Assembly: GCA_010093705.1 (NCBI GenBank) | Contig: MU006098.1 | Location: forward strand, 696,666 to 760,665 | DNA length: 64,000 bases | Origin: Patellaria atrata CBS 101060 | Taxonomy: Eukaryota | Reading direction: 5' to 3' | In this document: piece by piece, positions 49,793-62,536 of the stretch | Layout: each line of letters begins with the position of its first letter | Numbering within the stretch: the stretch's first letter is position 1 | Position numbers and translations under genes: made by a program | The notes under the pieces: generated by a model | What the model saw: the letters and a program-made list of their open reading frames with translations, nothing else | Told to the model about the DNA's origin: nothing | Databases searched by the model: none

Positions 49793-52255
49793 TCAACCGT
49801 CCGATCCACTACTCCTGAATGCAGCGCACAGACCCGCGTATTGATGTGTAAGGTCTAATACATGCTGCGGTAAACTCGTACCCTGGATAATACTCCTAAC
49901 CTTAACCGCACCCTCCTCCTCTATGAGCTTGCGAATCGTATATAGCAACGCTGGGGAGAACTGCTTCAGAGTTAGCTTCACTATATCCACACGCACATCA
50001 ACAATGGTAAAAGGGTGTACATACCTCCGAATACCAGCGATACTGCCAAGTAACCAACCGTATCAAGCTTCCCAAAATTCCCCTTACATCGCCCAACACC
50101 TCATACATCCTTAGCACGCCCTTCATTGCTTTCGGACTAAACCGCATGCCCAAGCACGACTGATACGCCTCTACCGCATCCTCTTCCCTATGCAACCTTT
50201 CCGCTAGCTCGCCTAGAATTTCCCACTCTTCAGCGCTCTTCTTGTAAGCAATTTGTTGCTGGCGAAACTGCGCGAGTTCAGTCCGCCAGATCGTGTAAAC
50301 GCGCAGGTCTTCATAAAGCACCATGAATAAATTGTCGAGCCAGCGCTCGCAGAGGCGCTTGTTGTGAAACTGTGTGTAGGTCGGGGTGTTTGGAGTGCCA
50401 TCTGAGAGGAAGGGGTGGTTGTTGTCTTTTGGGGGGACGGCGGGACGCGCATCATTTTCGCTGCCAGATTTGACGACTTCGGAAGCGACGGTGTGAGGAG
50501 GCTTTTCTAGAGATTCGCCAGCTTCAACGGCTACCGCCGTTGGATTGCCGTTTACGGTCGCGGAAACACTGTCTTCGGGGTCGGCGTCAGGGTCCCGCTC
50601 TTCGACCGTGCCGTGACCGTTTTGGTGTGGGGATGGGGAGCGGAGGGCAGTTGTGCTGGCGTTGCGGCTTTGGGAGACTTGGACGGATTGTTGTTTCTCG
50701 GACCGATATTCCTCTTCCATGACGAAGACTTGGCTGCGAATTTTGAGGAGTTGGTCCCAGCCGATCTTTTTAGTGATCTCGGTGAGTATCATGTACGCTT
50801 TTTGAAATGTGCCCTTAAAAGTTGCGGCGTGGAGTTTGCGGAGATGAGGATGCACGAGTTCGACGTCACCCGCGGTGGAATCATCAATCTCGTCACATAT
50901 GCTTTCGGGCATGACGGGGAGGGATATGCGGAGGTTTTCGGGAGGCCGTGGTGTATCTTTGTCTTGGTATGTGAACATTGGACACGAATTGAGGGTTAGG
51001 AGTGCGAGATCCCATTGTTCTAAGCTGACATATATTTCTGCAAGTCTGGCCCAGGTGCCAAATTCGCTAGGTGCGGAGATGACGCTGCGCTTTGCAAGCT
51101 CGAGTGCTAGGTCACTTCTGCCTTTGCTCTTGCAAAATGCTGCTTGGCAGTCTAATAAGGAGTAGTCCATGGGCAGTTCTTCTATAGCTTCATGTAGTAG
51201 CTGTACTGCTTTTACTTCCTCATCTGCACGGATGTATACTTGAGCTAATAGGGAGGATATCTCAGGGTCTCGTGTCCGGAGCTTTTCGAACAAGTTAATT
51301 CCTGATGCATAACGCCCGGTAGTATGAATATAGTCCAGCAACCCGGTAGCAAGGTGATTGGAGACCAGATTTGGTACTTGAATTTCCGGATCGGAACCTA
51401 ATACCCAGCCATTGAAAAATAACCGCTCTGCTGCATCTAGAAATCTATGTTCTGCTTCTGTGCTCGTTATGGGGTTGAATCTTCTTACGCCAACAATCTT
51501 TTTAATTGTATCTCCTGATCCATCATCTGCATACGAGTATGCACGTAAAACACTACAAAGATACGTCTCTAACCATAGCTCGTCCGATGCTTGTCTCCTG
51601 TCTCCGCGCTCGTCTATGCAGTAGCTCTCCACCGTCCCGGGAATTTGTACTTGTACACGCATATCGACACGGGAGAAAGCATTGTAACAACTGTCTTAAT
51701 CAGCATACTCTAACGTGCTGAAAGGTTATCTCACACACCAGTATAGCCCTGAAACCACTTTGTTAGTCTTGTCGTGCGGCGAGTATGTGAGCGTGTTGAT
51801 GTATGCGGCCAGACTAGCAGACGAAGATGCGTCGATGCCAGTTACATGGTGGTAGACGCCAAACTATTGAATCGTAAGTATGGAAACGTATGAGAGTTTT
51901 CTTTAGCGTCCAATCGTACTGTTCTCGACGTTGACTTTATGGGCTGTTTAACGAGATGAACCAGATCAGGAGGACCAAGTTCGCGTAGGCTAGAAAGTGT
52001 CTCTATTCGAGCGTCTATCGAAGATTGTAATTCATCTTCGAAGATTCTAGAGATGTGATCAGTATGTATTCGATTCGAGCATAGTATGGGTCAAGGGGCA
52101 TTGAGCGAATGGGACAGAGAGGGCATAGTTGAGAACATAATAGTTGTCATTATTCGAGTTCCTTTGATTGACACAACGTTCCCGAGCATAGAGTCTCAAG
52201 CTCAACAATTGAAGACGTTGCGAACTTACTCAGGGACGGCTGGCGATCCAACCAT
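49793..52255 (-). CDS. ChAPs-family exomer cargo adaptor (Bud7/Bch1-like)
   Basis: SLRELGPPDLVHL, GVYHHVTGIDASSSASLAAY, YNAFSRVDMRV, ALLTLNSCPMF, KRLCERWLDNLFMVLYEDLR, WQYRWYSE|FSP; multi-exon. Confidence 0.93.
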
Positions 52256-52664
52256 GACGGTTTGCCTTTGCGGCAAGAATAAGATCTCGTCAGCTTAGTA
52301 TAGAGACGATAGTACGATTAGCGCAGTATGAAGAACAATAGTATTGAAAGTGAATGCGACGTGGATAGAAAGAAGTGTTACAGATTACTGTTATTGTTAA
52401 GCTTTCATGGAGGGATGGAGAGTTTCCTTCAAATCGCAGGGGTCAAGGCTAGCGTGAGTTTTCGACAATGAGCTCCTCCAACTTGCGGGGACCGGAATAC
52501 AGAGATATCACATTTTCGACAACATAACTACCCTTAACTTTCACGTGGGCGCGTCTTGACGCGAAAATCTTACTAAATCTTCTTTTTGACTTGATGGGCG
52601 ACACTTTTCAACTCACATACATCTTGTAGGGGACGACAAAAGCGCATAGAGCTTCCAGACTACG

Positions 52665-55600
52665 ATGGTAATTGTATGATATTGAACTTGCTAACATATC
52701 TGTGTGGTAACTAATATTTTTTGATCCAGTCTACCTGGAAGACTCTCAATCTTGAGTCCGATAACGAATCAGAAGATGAAGTGGATGATACTAAAGAGAT
52801 CCAAATCGAGGAAACCTTAAAGCTCTACCAAGCCGCCCTCAAACTTCATGCTGAAGGCCCGGATTCTTACGAGCGAGCTGCTGAAGCGTACCAGGCCTTG
52901 TTTCGGTCGGAAATTTTCCGGTATCCAGAGTCATTTACAGAATATCAGAGACTAGAAGCATATGGGAGTGTAAACGAATATGAGACGGCTTTGCAAGATG
53001 AGCTTGACACAGGACCAATGGCGCCTATCCCTGGGGATAGTGCACCGAACACTTTGCCTCAGTTGCTACATTTAGCCCACAAGAATCACGGTCAGTTTAT
53101 ACTAGATTGCCTCGAGTATGACCTGAAACGTCATCTTGCAGCCGTCCATAATGAAATCCTCCCAGAACAACTTGACCAGATAGCTAAGGCAGCTGCACCG
53201 TCCTTACAACTTTTTGCCCAAGCTTTAGACAAGGATGATACGGATCTAGATCTATGGAGTCGCACCTCGTCTGTAGCCCGTATGGTGGGCAGCGGTAGGA
53301 TTGCAAGATTTTGTCTAGAAGCTGTGTTGGACGGTGATGAGGAGGGGCTCGATACGATCTTACACCTTCCAGGTCTCGAAGAAGCTGCAGCTGGGCAAAG
53401 ATTAAGAGAAGCTGCTCAACAGTTTCAGGATGATCTATCCCTTCTCCAGGAACCTCTGTCTCACATGAAACGTAAGAACCTATCATCAGCTATAAAGAGA
53501 TGTATGAATCCCTATCCAATGATTCCAACCCCTAGCAAGGATAGGGATTCCCAGATTCTTGGTCAAGAGCCAATCCGCATTCCCCTGTGCCCACCCAAAC
53601 GGGATTGGTATAGTGTGGGTGAGGCGTTGTTGGGACATGTCTTGTACAATGAACAAGTTGGAGCAGTTGCGACTACAGCGGTACCAATGGACTTTGGCCC
53701 CGGTGCAGGAATCACCATCAAACTTCCGGAAATATCAGACATGGACCAGGAACAGTTGCTGCAAGCACATATTGCTGCAGAAACAGAACACGAAGCCTCA
53801 GAAACACCGAAAGAGACTGTTTTTCACATGACCCAAGATTCCACAACAGAAAATATAACGAATGTCGAGTTAGTAGGTGACGAAGACGTTAAAATGGATG
53901 ACGCAAATTCTGAAGGGCTCTCGCAAGCCCCTGACACTGGCTCTAAAGATGACAACGAGGGAGCAAATACACTGCCTAGGAAACGTTCGACAGATTCTGC
54001 TGGACTTCCGGAGACCGCTGACGGTGGGCGCCTGAGGAGTAAACGCATTCGCGCTCGGGAATCCGTGGGGGATGGGTCAAATGCAGTGGATGCTGCTGCT
54101 GCTCTTCTAGCAAAGCAGATTGAAGAACGACTTCAGCCATTCGTTTACGCTGACGAATGTTTATTCGATACCATAGGTCCTCTCTTCGACAAGCTCGGCA
54201 TAACGACATTCGGGTCAGCTCAATCCTTGAGAGATATTGTGAATAGATCGAGCACAGCCGAGTATCGTTCCAACGAAAACCCCATGGGTAGAGCAATGCG
54301 GGATCTCTATGCCATAATTCAAAAGGTGCCACCTCAGGCCGTGGGGATATTTCTTAACAATGAGATCATCGATCAACTAGGAGGATCCTCGCGTGAAGCA
54401 GGGTTGAATGCATTCCTTGGCCCAGCTAAATCGAATCTACCGCAGACCTGCGATAAACCTGTCCTGGTCGCTGGGGAAGCGTTACCTCAATTAGTTGAGT
54501 TTGTTAATTCTAATTGGCTGTCTATCAAAGAGGCTACCTTTTCCTGGGTTGAGAAGCTGCTTAGACAGGATTATAACAAACCGAACAAGAGGTCGTCACG
54601 ATGGACGGAGTCCACCTATATAAGATGCCAATGGCCTGACGATCTTAAACGTGTACTCGTTCAGATCTGTGTACATATGGATGAATATATTTACGATTGT
54701 ATGCTGCAAGAAGTAAACGATATCAATATCTCCCAGATCAATAATGCGGCAAATGGTCACCAGGAACAGCTCTCTGCGAAACAAAACTCTACCGTTGATA
54801 TGGTCCAGTCACTATTTGAGATACATCTCGACGTGTATTCGCTTATCAAACACCCAGGAAGCGGAGTCGATGTTGCAACGCAAATTCTTCAGAAAGATCG
54901 TCTCGAACGGTGGTCTTCTCTCGCTCGTGATGCGGTCAATCTCCGCGTCGGCAATGAAGACGAACTACTATCGGACGACTTGGCCATTCGGCACATCTGG
55001 GCCACAGCATTTCACATTAGTGTGAGCGACGATGTTCCACAGGAACATATTCTCAAATGTATCGAAGAGGTTAGAGCGCTAGTTGCATTACGTGAAGAGC
55101 CACCTATCCAACTACAAAACAACGCCGTTATGCCGGAACTTTCGGTCATCGCTGCTGATCGTGAACTTACTAAAATCAGCATGAAGGACTTCTTTCTGCG
55201 CATCTTCGATCATGACGAGGAAGATCCAGTTGCGGTTATCGAAACTTTAGAACCAATCCTTGAACTATCGGATGTGCGGATCAGGCCATCAGGTTCTACT
55301 AATGTGGGTGGCATAACGGACGTTGACGTTGAAGGAGGTCCTGTGTTAAAACCGGAAGGAACTGAATCTACTGGGTTATTACCATACCGAGAGATGGCCA
55401 AGTTCTTGGAGAATGCCAGTGTTTCTTTGCGACTATCGCTATGGCGTCGGTTGAAAGAAGCTTATGAAGCGATTGAGTACCCACCCAAGGTTGTTTCCTG
55501 CTGTTTGCGCACTCTTGAGACACTCGTCAAGGAGTTTCAGAGCCCAGCATATTACGATTCGCCGAAGGAACAACGGGACTTCCTCCTCTTAAAGTGGATA

Positions 55601-58600
55601 AGACTAATTCAAGATAGTTTAATAAAAGTATGCGAACTGCTCAAACATGATAGGACCTCATTGGATTGTATCGACGAATCAAGACTCCAAACATCACTCA
55701 CAGCTCTATTTCAGTTGCTACACTTGCTGTACGCGTCAAACTTCTATGAAGATGCGATACGAGCAGGATATCTTCCAACGGTAACGCTGAACAAAGCTGC
55801 TCTCTCAGTAGTTCTCAATAAACTGCATGACCTGCAAATCCGAGCATGGATTATTATATACCATCTTCTGAAAGAGGGCATGACGCAGGAACCACAAGCA
55901 TTCGCCACACCCGCAGAGGATAGATATGAATTTCTTCGTCACGTTCACTATGCAGCTGGCACTAGAGGATTTTGTCAAGCCGCCAACAAAGTACTTCTCC
56001 GCCTAATTAAAGAGGAAATGCTTCAATTATCGAATGTGGACGGCTACGATCTCGAGCTCTCTCAAGTGCTCTATGATTTATACGGACTAAAATGCTTCAC
56101 AAACCCTATGGACTACTTAGACCATGGTTGTCTTGCTGAGCAACTCGATAAACGAACGGCCATCCAGATCTTGAGTTTTCTCATGGTTCAGGCGAACAAG
56201 ATTAATATTAAAGATCTACTCAAAGCGGATCTCAAGACATCAATTGACAAAGTCCATGGTGCTCTTGGTCGTGCGAAACCCAGCGAGGATGTCGCTATGA
56301 ATAAACGCCTCTTTATGTCATTCATGAGATCGCCTATTAATCCCGTAGACCTTTTTAGGTCACTTCATGGAATTGGAAGCTTATCGACTAAGCCAATTCC
56401 GCCTAACAAAGCAGCGATAGGATCAAGAGGGTGGTACTTTCTCATGGGTTTCATCGCTTTAAATAAATTCAAATCGCAAAAGCGGGTGACTGCCGGCCCA
56501 ACAGAAGATTTGAATATCGCCATTGCGTTCTTTGCACAGGACCTGGAGTATAACACGGAACGCTGGGAAACATGGTACCGCCTAGCTCAAGCTTACGACT
56601 TTCAACTTGAAGATGCAGTCTCTTGGTCATCAGAGAAACTTAATAATAATAGTCACGAGATAGTTCACTTTCAGAGGTCTGCTATCCACTGCTACACCAT
56701 GGCGACGGCTTGTGCTGTGCGAGCCGCTGTTTTAGACTTCGAGACAGTGAGCAAAGTCTCCGATATGTATACCGATTTTGGGATGCGTGTCTACGCTTCA
56801 TCTCGAGAGCCATTCTCCAGTCAAGCTTTCATGTTTAAAGAAGGGGAAGAGAGATACTACAGTGGAAACAGTATGTACATGGGGATTCCATTCAAAGATT
56901 TGAATAACTACAAGGCGTGGAAGCTCGCCAGTGGGTTATTCAAGAGAGCAATTACCGGGAAACCGGATCATTGGATGAACCACTACATGCTCAGCAAATG
57001 CCTTTGGAAAATGCGCCAGTGCGACGACGAGATTCAACGTTGGCCGGACAAAGCACAGCCCAGCACAGATGAAGTACTCAAACCTATTCTACGGGCTGTC
57101 GAGATACTCCCCGAGCGTCGCGATAGTCGCAAAGAGCCTACGCTGGAACCACACTATAAAATAGTATCTCTTGTTCATAAAATGGTACGACGTAAAGAAC
57201 TTCAAGTGGATAAAGCAAGCGAAACACTTCAAGCGATCTCATATGCCAAGAGTATAGACCCGCCAGATGGATTAGAAAATTGGGATGATTACGTCCTGAA
57301 GATCCTCAAAGCCCTTCGCAACGCTGATAAGTCGGGTTGGCATCATCGTATGACCGTCCGTGCAGCCCAAGTTATCTATGATGGAGCGGCAGACGATATG
57401 CTTGGTGCTGCTGGGGCCAAATATGAACTTACACAACAGATTTTCACGAAGACCATGTCGATGCAGGTTTGGAAACCCGAACACGAGCGTCCTGGCCGAC
57501 ACTTTGTCTATACCACGCGGTACTTACGGTTTTTTCTTCAACTGCTCGTCCAAACCAACGATCGTCAAAACCTAGAATTACTGACAAAACGTGTACGTCG
57601 ACGACCACACGAATATTTCGACCATACAAAATTATGGGCGGATCTTTGTGTTCCATATCTTCAGCTTCTGCGTCGCAGGGGACAGATTCCTATCTCTCAC
57701 GAGGACACCGTTTTCAAATCTCTTAACCCCGAAGAATTTGAGAGCCGTAGCAAACGCCTCGAAGCATGGTGTCAAGATCCCGAGAGCCATAGTATTGTTC
57801 TCGATGTTCTTCGAGACGCGATGGAGCTCAAGAGGGTGAATAACAACCTTATGAAACCTACCTTAATGGACGATTTAATTATGGATGCATATGCTATGCT
57901 TTATTCAACCATTGGACCGACGTTGGATTCGCCCCCAACGGCAGTCAGTTCCGAACCCCCTAAAGGACAACAAGCCCCGGCAGGGCCACTACAAGGGTTG
58001 TTTGGCCCCCCTGGTGCCGGTATCATGTCGGTGGGTAATGTCATGAACTTCGACCGCACCATCGAGTCCTCTCAGAAACATACCTCTAAGGATTCTTCCG
58101 GAGTCCAAGTAACGCCGTTCACACTGGCTTCGGGTGCCGCCACGCTTGGCCAAATGCCAGGTTTGCTAACCGCAGATCCGAAACCTAGACTCAAGGCTAT
58201 CGGACGCAGAGAACTGATGAGGAAGGCAGAGGGAGCTTGCATCAAGGCAGCCGCACCGACTATCCCCATTCGATCTGGTTCTTCTGCGCATCGCTCTGCA
58301 GGGGGTGAGGTTATGGTCGGTGTCGAGAGGAGTGCATCAATTCCACGAATGCGAACTCAATCTCTTGCCTCTCCCCGTACGCAGCAACCGCATGGTTCCA
58401 ATGTTGATCTTATTGCTGCTACCAGTGCAGATACAGAAGATGATAACAGCAATACAGAGGGAGGGGTGCGGTTGGAAATTCCTAAGAAAGAGGATGAGGC
58501 AGCAGACACGAGCGCACCTGGAAGCGTCCATGATGATGCGGACGATGAGAGTGAACTTAGTGAACTAGACGAGGACAACATCATACTGGAAAGGCGGACC

Positions 58601-58882
58601 ACTCAACCTAAAGTCATGTTTCCAGGCTTGCTTGCGAGGGTGGGTAACAGTACTGTCGCCAGTACTAGTGGAAAAGATGATGAAGGGGAAGAAGACGAAG
58701 GTGGTGAAGAGGAAGCTGGGGAAGATGATGAGGGCGTGGAAGAAGAGGGTGAGGAAGAAGAAGAGCTTGAGGATGGCGGGGACGAGGAAGAGCTCGAGGT
58801 AAACGGGGATGAGGACCATGGAGAAGGAGAAGCGGAAAACGAAGGCGATGATACTGGTGTTGATGTGGACAAGGAAGAATAA
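52665..58882 (+). CDS. HIR3: Histone transcription regulator 3 (HIR complex subunit, CABIN1 orthologue)
   Basis: ATG-only exon, intron 52668-52729, then a 2050-aa exon: EVDDTKEIQIEETLKLYQAALKLH, RIARFCLEAVL, WETWYRLAQAYD, LEPHYK, WHHRM, QVWKPEHERPGRHFVY; Glu/Asp-rich tail. Confidence 0.93.
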
Positions 58883-59743
58883 TACTACTTCTATAGCCAT
58901 GGATTGGAGCGATGAAGTATTGGTATGAGCCTCATTGATCTGATGAGGTACTACAGCATACATGGCGTCTCGGCTTGATGATCGGGGGATATACATTGGG
59001 TTGGTAGATACCCTATTTAGAGTGGGAGTTCTCTGTTAAAAAGTCCTTACTTGACGTCCTTCATTGATTTTTGAAGTTCTAGAGTCACTGCATGGAATAA
59101 AATATTTGAAGCTTGCAGCTCTGAAGATCGTGAGGACGGCAAATCCCCCACCTGGAGTAGATCCTTCGATGATTTACGCATGGTTTGAGATATCGTAAAG
59201 ATCTGATAGAACAAGCAAGGAGAAGAGAGATGTCTGTAGAAACGTAATATTCTTTATTGTTATTCTTCCTACTATCTATTGTGAATCGAGGGTTGGCTTA
59301 GTTCAGCATAAGATATTAAAAGTTGTATTGTACTGTACAAGTCGGGTAAGTTGGGCTCCATACATGCAAAACCATGACTGAAGAAATAAAATGATTTCAT
59401 ACGGGATTTCAATACAGTTCTCTAGTACGGAGGGCTGTAGCATAGAAGGGTGAGAGGTTGTGTGGAGGTCGATGTAAAGTTGGCTTGTGGGATCAAGATC
59501 TTGGGGTTAGTGCCATGATCAGCAGCCACCATCGTCATGCAAACATCCAAGGATCTCTCACATGCGAGACACCTAACCACGCAAAATTCCTGTCTTCAAT
59601 CCTATTCATGACCCTAACATACACTTCACGTCAAATTATGATATCCTTTTCTTCAGGCCGCACATAGTTTCAACACTTTTCCGTAAAATTATTCCACTCC
59701 CTCCAAAGATCGTATAAGAATAGGGAAGCAATATCCCGCCATC

Positions 59744-62094
59744 ATGTCCGGGGGAGTTGCCTATAAGGACCTTCTTCCTCTCCCTGACGACACCCAAGCT
59801 GTCACAGATCCAGATAAGAAAGAGGTGCACCAATCTTTGACTGAGAAACCTACTGCTAGTCATGCTCTTGCTATGGAAGCTACAAAAGGAATTGAGGACG
59901 AGAATGGGAATATTCAAAAAGGAGCAGCTCAACAAGATCATCTTGAAGAAGTGGTTGATTTGGGATGGAACGAACCTGCGGACAAAATTGCTGCTCCCTT
60001 AGTTGCAAAGCTACCAAATGATGATCTTTGGGTATTGATTAGGCGGTTCAACAAGGTTGGTTCCTTGTTCTTGAAGACTTCTTCTTTCAAGGAGCTGTAA
60101 CGTGATGGTAATAAACATGCGCAGCAAATGTACCATGTCAAGGCGCTAGAGAATCCCCCTCCTGGTAATCTAGATTTGAACATTGCCGATGAAGAGGAGT
60201 TCTCACCGGATAAGCTAAGAAGCAACGTTGAAAGACTTTATATGACGGTGGTATGTATCGTGTTCCGACCTCTATGTGTTCAATAGGAGTCTCACACCAT
60301 CAGATTATTCATTTAATGGCCTTTGGCAAACAAATGGTCCGTCTTAGGTCATGGAGAGAAACAAGGAGGACTGCATGGTTTTGCACCGTATGATCGATCT
60401 CCCTTCCAAACATGTAACATATATACTAAAACCACATAGGCCTACTTTACAGCGTGGATGTTCGATTTTCTGATGCCGGTATTCTCACTATTCTTGATTG
60501 TGCTCATAGTCTATCCTCCTGCTCGAGAATTGTGCTTTCCTCCTGCACCGCTTGCTCTTGTGGACGGCAAGTCTGGTGGTGTTCAGAAACCCAAGGCTGG
60601 CGTTCTAGGAAGTACAGATAGCGCTACAGGTGCTCCTGAGAAGCACAAGGGTGAGGCAGTAGAACAAGAGGCCAGTAACTTTGTGAACAGTATTACCTCT
60701 GTTGCTCTTACCAGTGCTACTGGTAAACACCCCCAGGATGATAAAGAAGACCAAGATGGGACTGTTGCGGATGCCGTACCCGACCCCACATCCGTTGCTG
60801 TTGGCGCTGCGAATGCGAAAGACAGAGCTGGTGGTGCTAAACCGTCAAAAGAACACGACAAGACAAAGGTACCTATGGAGACAGCGATGTGGACAAAAAT
60901 GAGGCCTATCATGCACGGACTTGCTGACTTCATTGATACTTGGGAGCGTTTCGCTAAGTGAGTGATTTTTGAAAGATTGTAGGGATCGAATAATGCTAAT
61001 GGAGGATATAGCATGCTTTCCCCTACACCACCCTTCCCGCGCCATATATACCGCTTGAGGATTGCATCACTTGTTCTTCCACTACTTCTAATCTCACTGT
61101 TTGTGACTTCTTATATGTTTATGAAAGGAGTGACCTTTGGTGTTGGATTCGGGTTTTTTGGTGACCCTGTCATCCAACGAGGAATGGTCTATCTCAATAC
61201 ACACTATCCCAACTGGCAGAAGTTGCTCGAACTGAGAAAGTAAGTTCAATTATCCCGATACCATTCATTATTTAGCTGATTTGGCAAAGTACAATTCTAA
61301 AAGGTGTCCCCACGAATGCCCAACTCACTATTACACTTCTTCGTATCGGTGAAGCGAACAAGGCTCCCATTCCTCCACCGCCCAGTTCAGATCTTCCTCC
61401 ACCTGATCAGCCCGCTGAAGTTACGGATGAGCACCTACGCGCGACTGGCGCTGATCCACCCCTGAACGCCACGAAAGAGGAGCTCGATGACGCCATGGCC
61501 CACGACCCCACTGTCCCATACGAAACAGGCGGCGCAGACATTGACGCTTCGAAAGAGAAACAGCACGGCAAGAAAGGGAACAGAATCCTCGGCTTTTTCA
61601 AGGGGAGTGCAAGAGCAACCGTAGAGGCCGCCATCGGTGCCGATAAACTCAAAGCGAAGACGGGTTCCGAGCACGCCAAACGGCGTCTCGGCGCCGTCAC
61701 TCGCCCAGGCGACGACCTCACTTCCGGCCCGGTCGACTTCAAATGCCGTTTCCATGGCCGCAAGGGCCATGTTTACCTTATCACTAAATCTACCATCCCC
61801 GCCGTTGCGTTCAGCACTGACTCCACGATTGAAAAGATCGGTAGTAAGGATCGCGAGGATCTGCATCCGGCGTGGAGTATCCCTGTCGGGGACATTAAAG
61901 AGTTGAAGAAAGTGGGAGGTTATGGCTGGAAGACAAAGCTGTTAGTCGGCTGGGCGCTGGAAAGGGAGGTAGCGGATGGATTGGAAATTGTGGATAAGCT
62001 GGGTAATTCATGGGTTGTGACGGCAATGCCGTTAAGAGATGAATTGTTCAATCGACTAGTAGCCATGGGTGGGCAGAAGTGGGAGAGTTGGTAG
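59744..62094 (+). CDS. DUF3292-like conserved fungal membrane protein
   Basis: EVVDLGWNE, LWVLIRRFNK, LDLNIADEEEFSPDKLRSNVERLYMT, RLRSWRE, DTWERFA, LKGVPTNAQLTITLLRIGE, RDELFNRLVAMGGQKWESW; five introns. Confidence 0.85.
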
Positions 62095-62536
62095 GTTCCT
62101 TATTTTTCCAAATAAGGATTTCGATGATTGAATTAGGAGGTGAGAGCATTGTTTTGGGTATACCCTTTTTTCACTCCTTGTTGTCTTCTATATTTAAGGT
62201 GGCTGGTGCACATTATATCAAAGATCTCGCATTTGGTGGCTAATTGTTCTCTTCAGTCACTATTTGATTAATGAAATTGATGTAAATATGTACCGCCACA
62301 CAGTAATGTCATTCTCATTCTTACCCTAAATGGTCCTAAGGAAGTAGATATGGCAATTTAGACCTCCTCTTTCTGCTCCCTTGCTTTAGTAAAGTAACAT
62401 ATCGACATAAAGAATGTGTAGAATTATGGAACAAGGCTAGTAAATAGTAGAGAAAGGAAAAATGAAAGGATACGCTTCGAGATGACACCGCACATCCTAC
62501 CATTCAGTACTCCTAAAGTCATACCTCGACTCCGTT

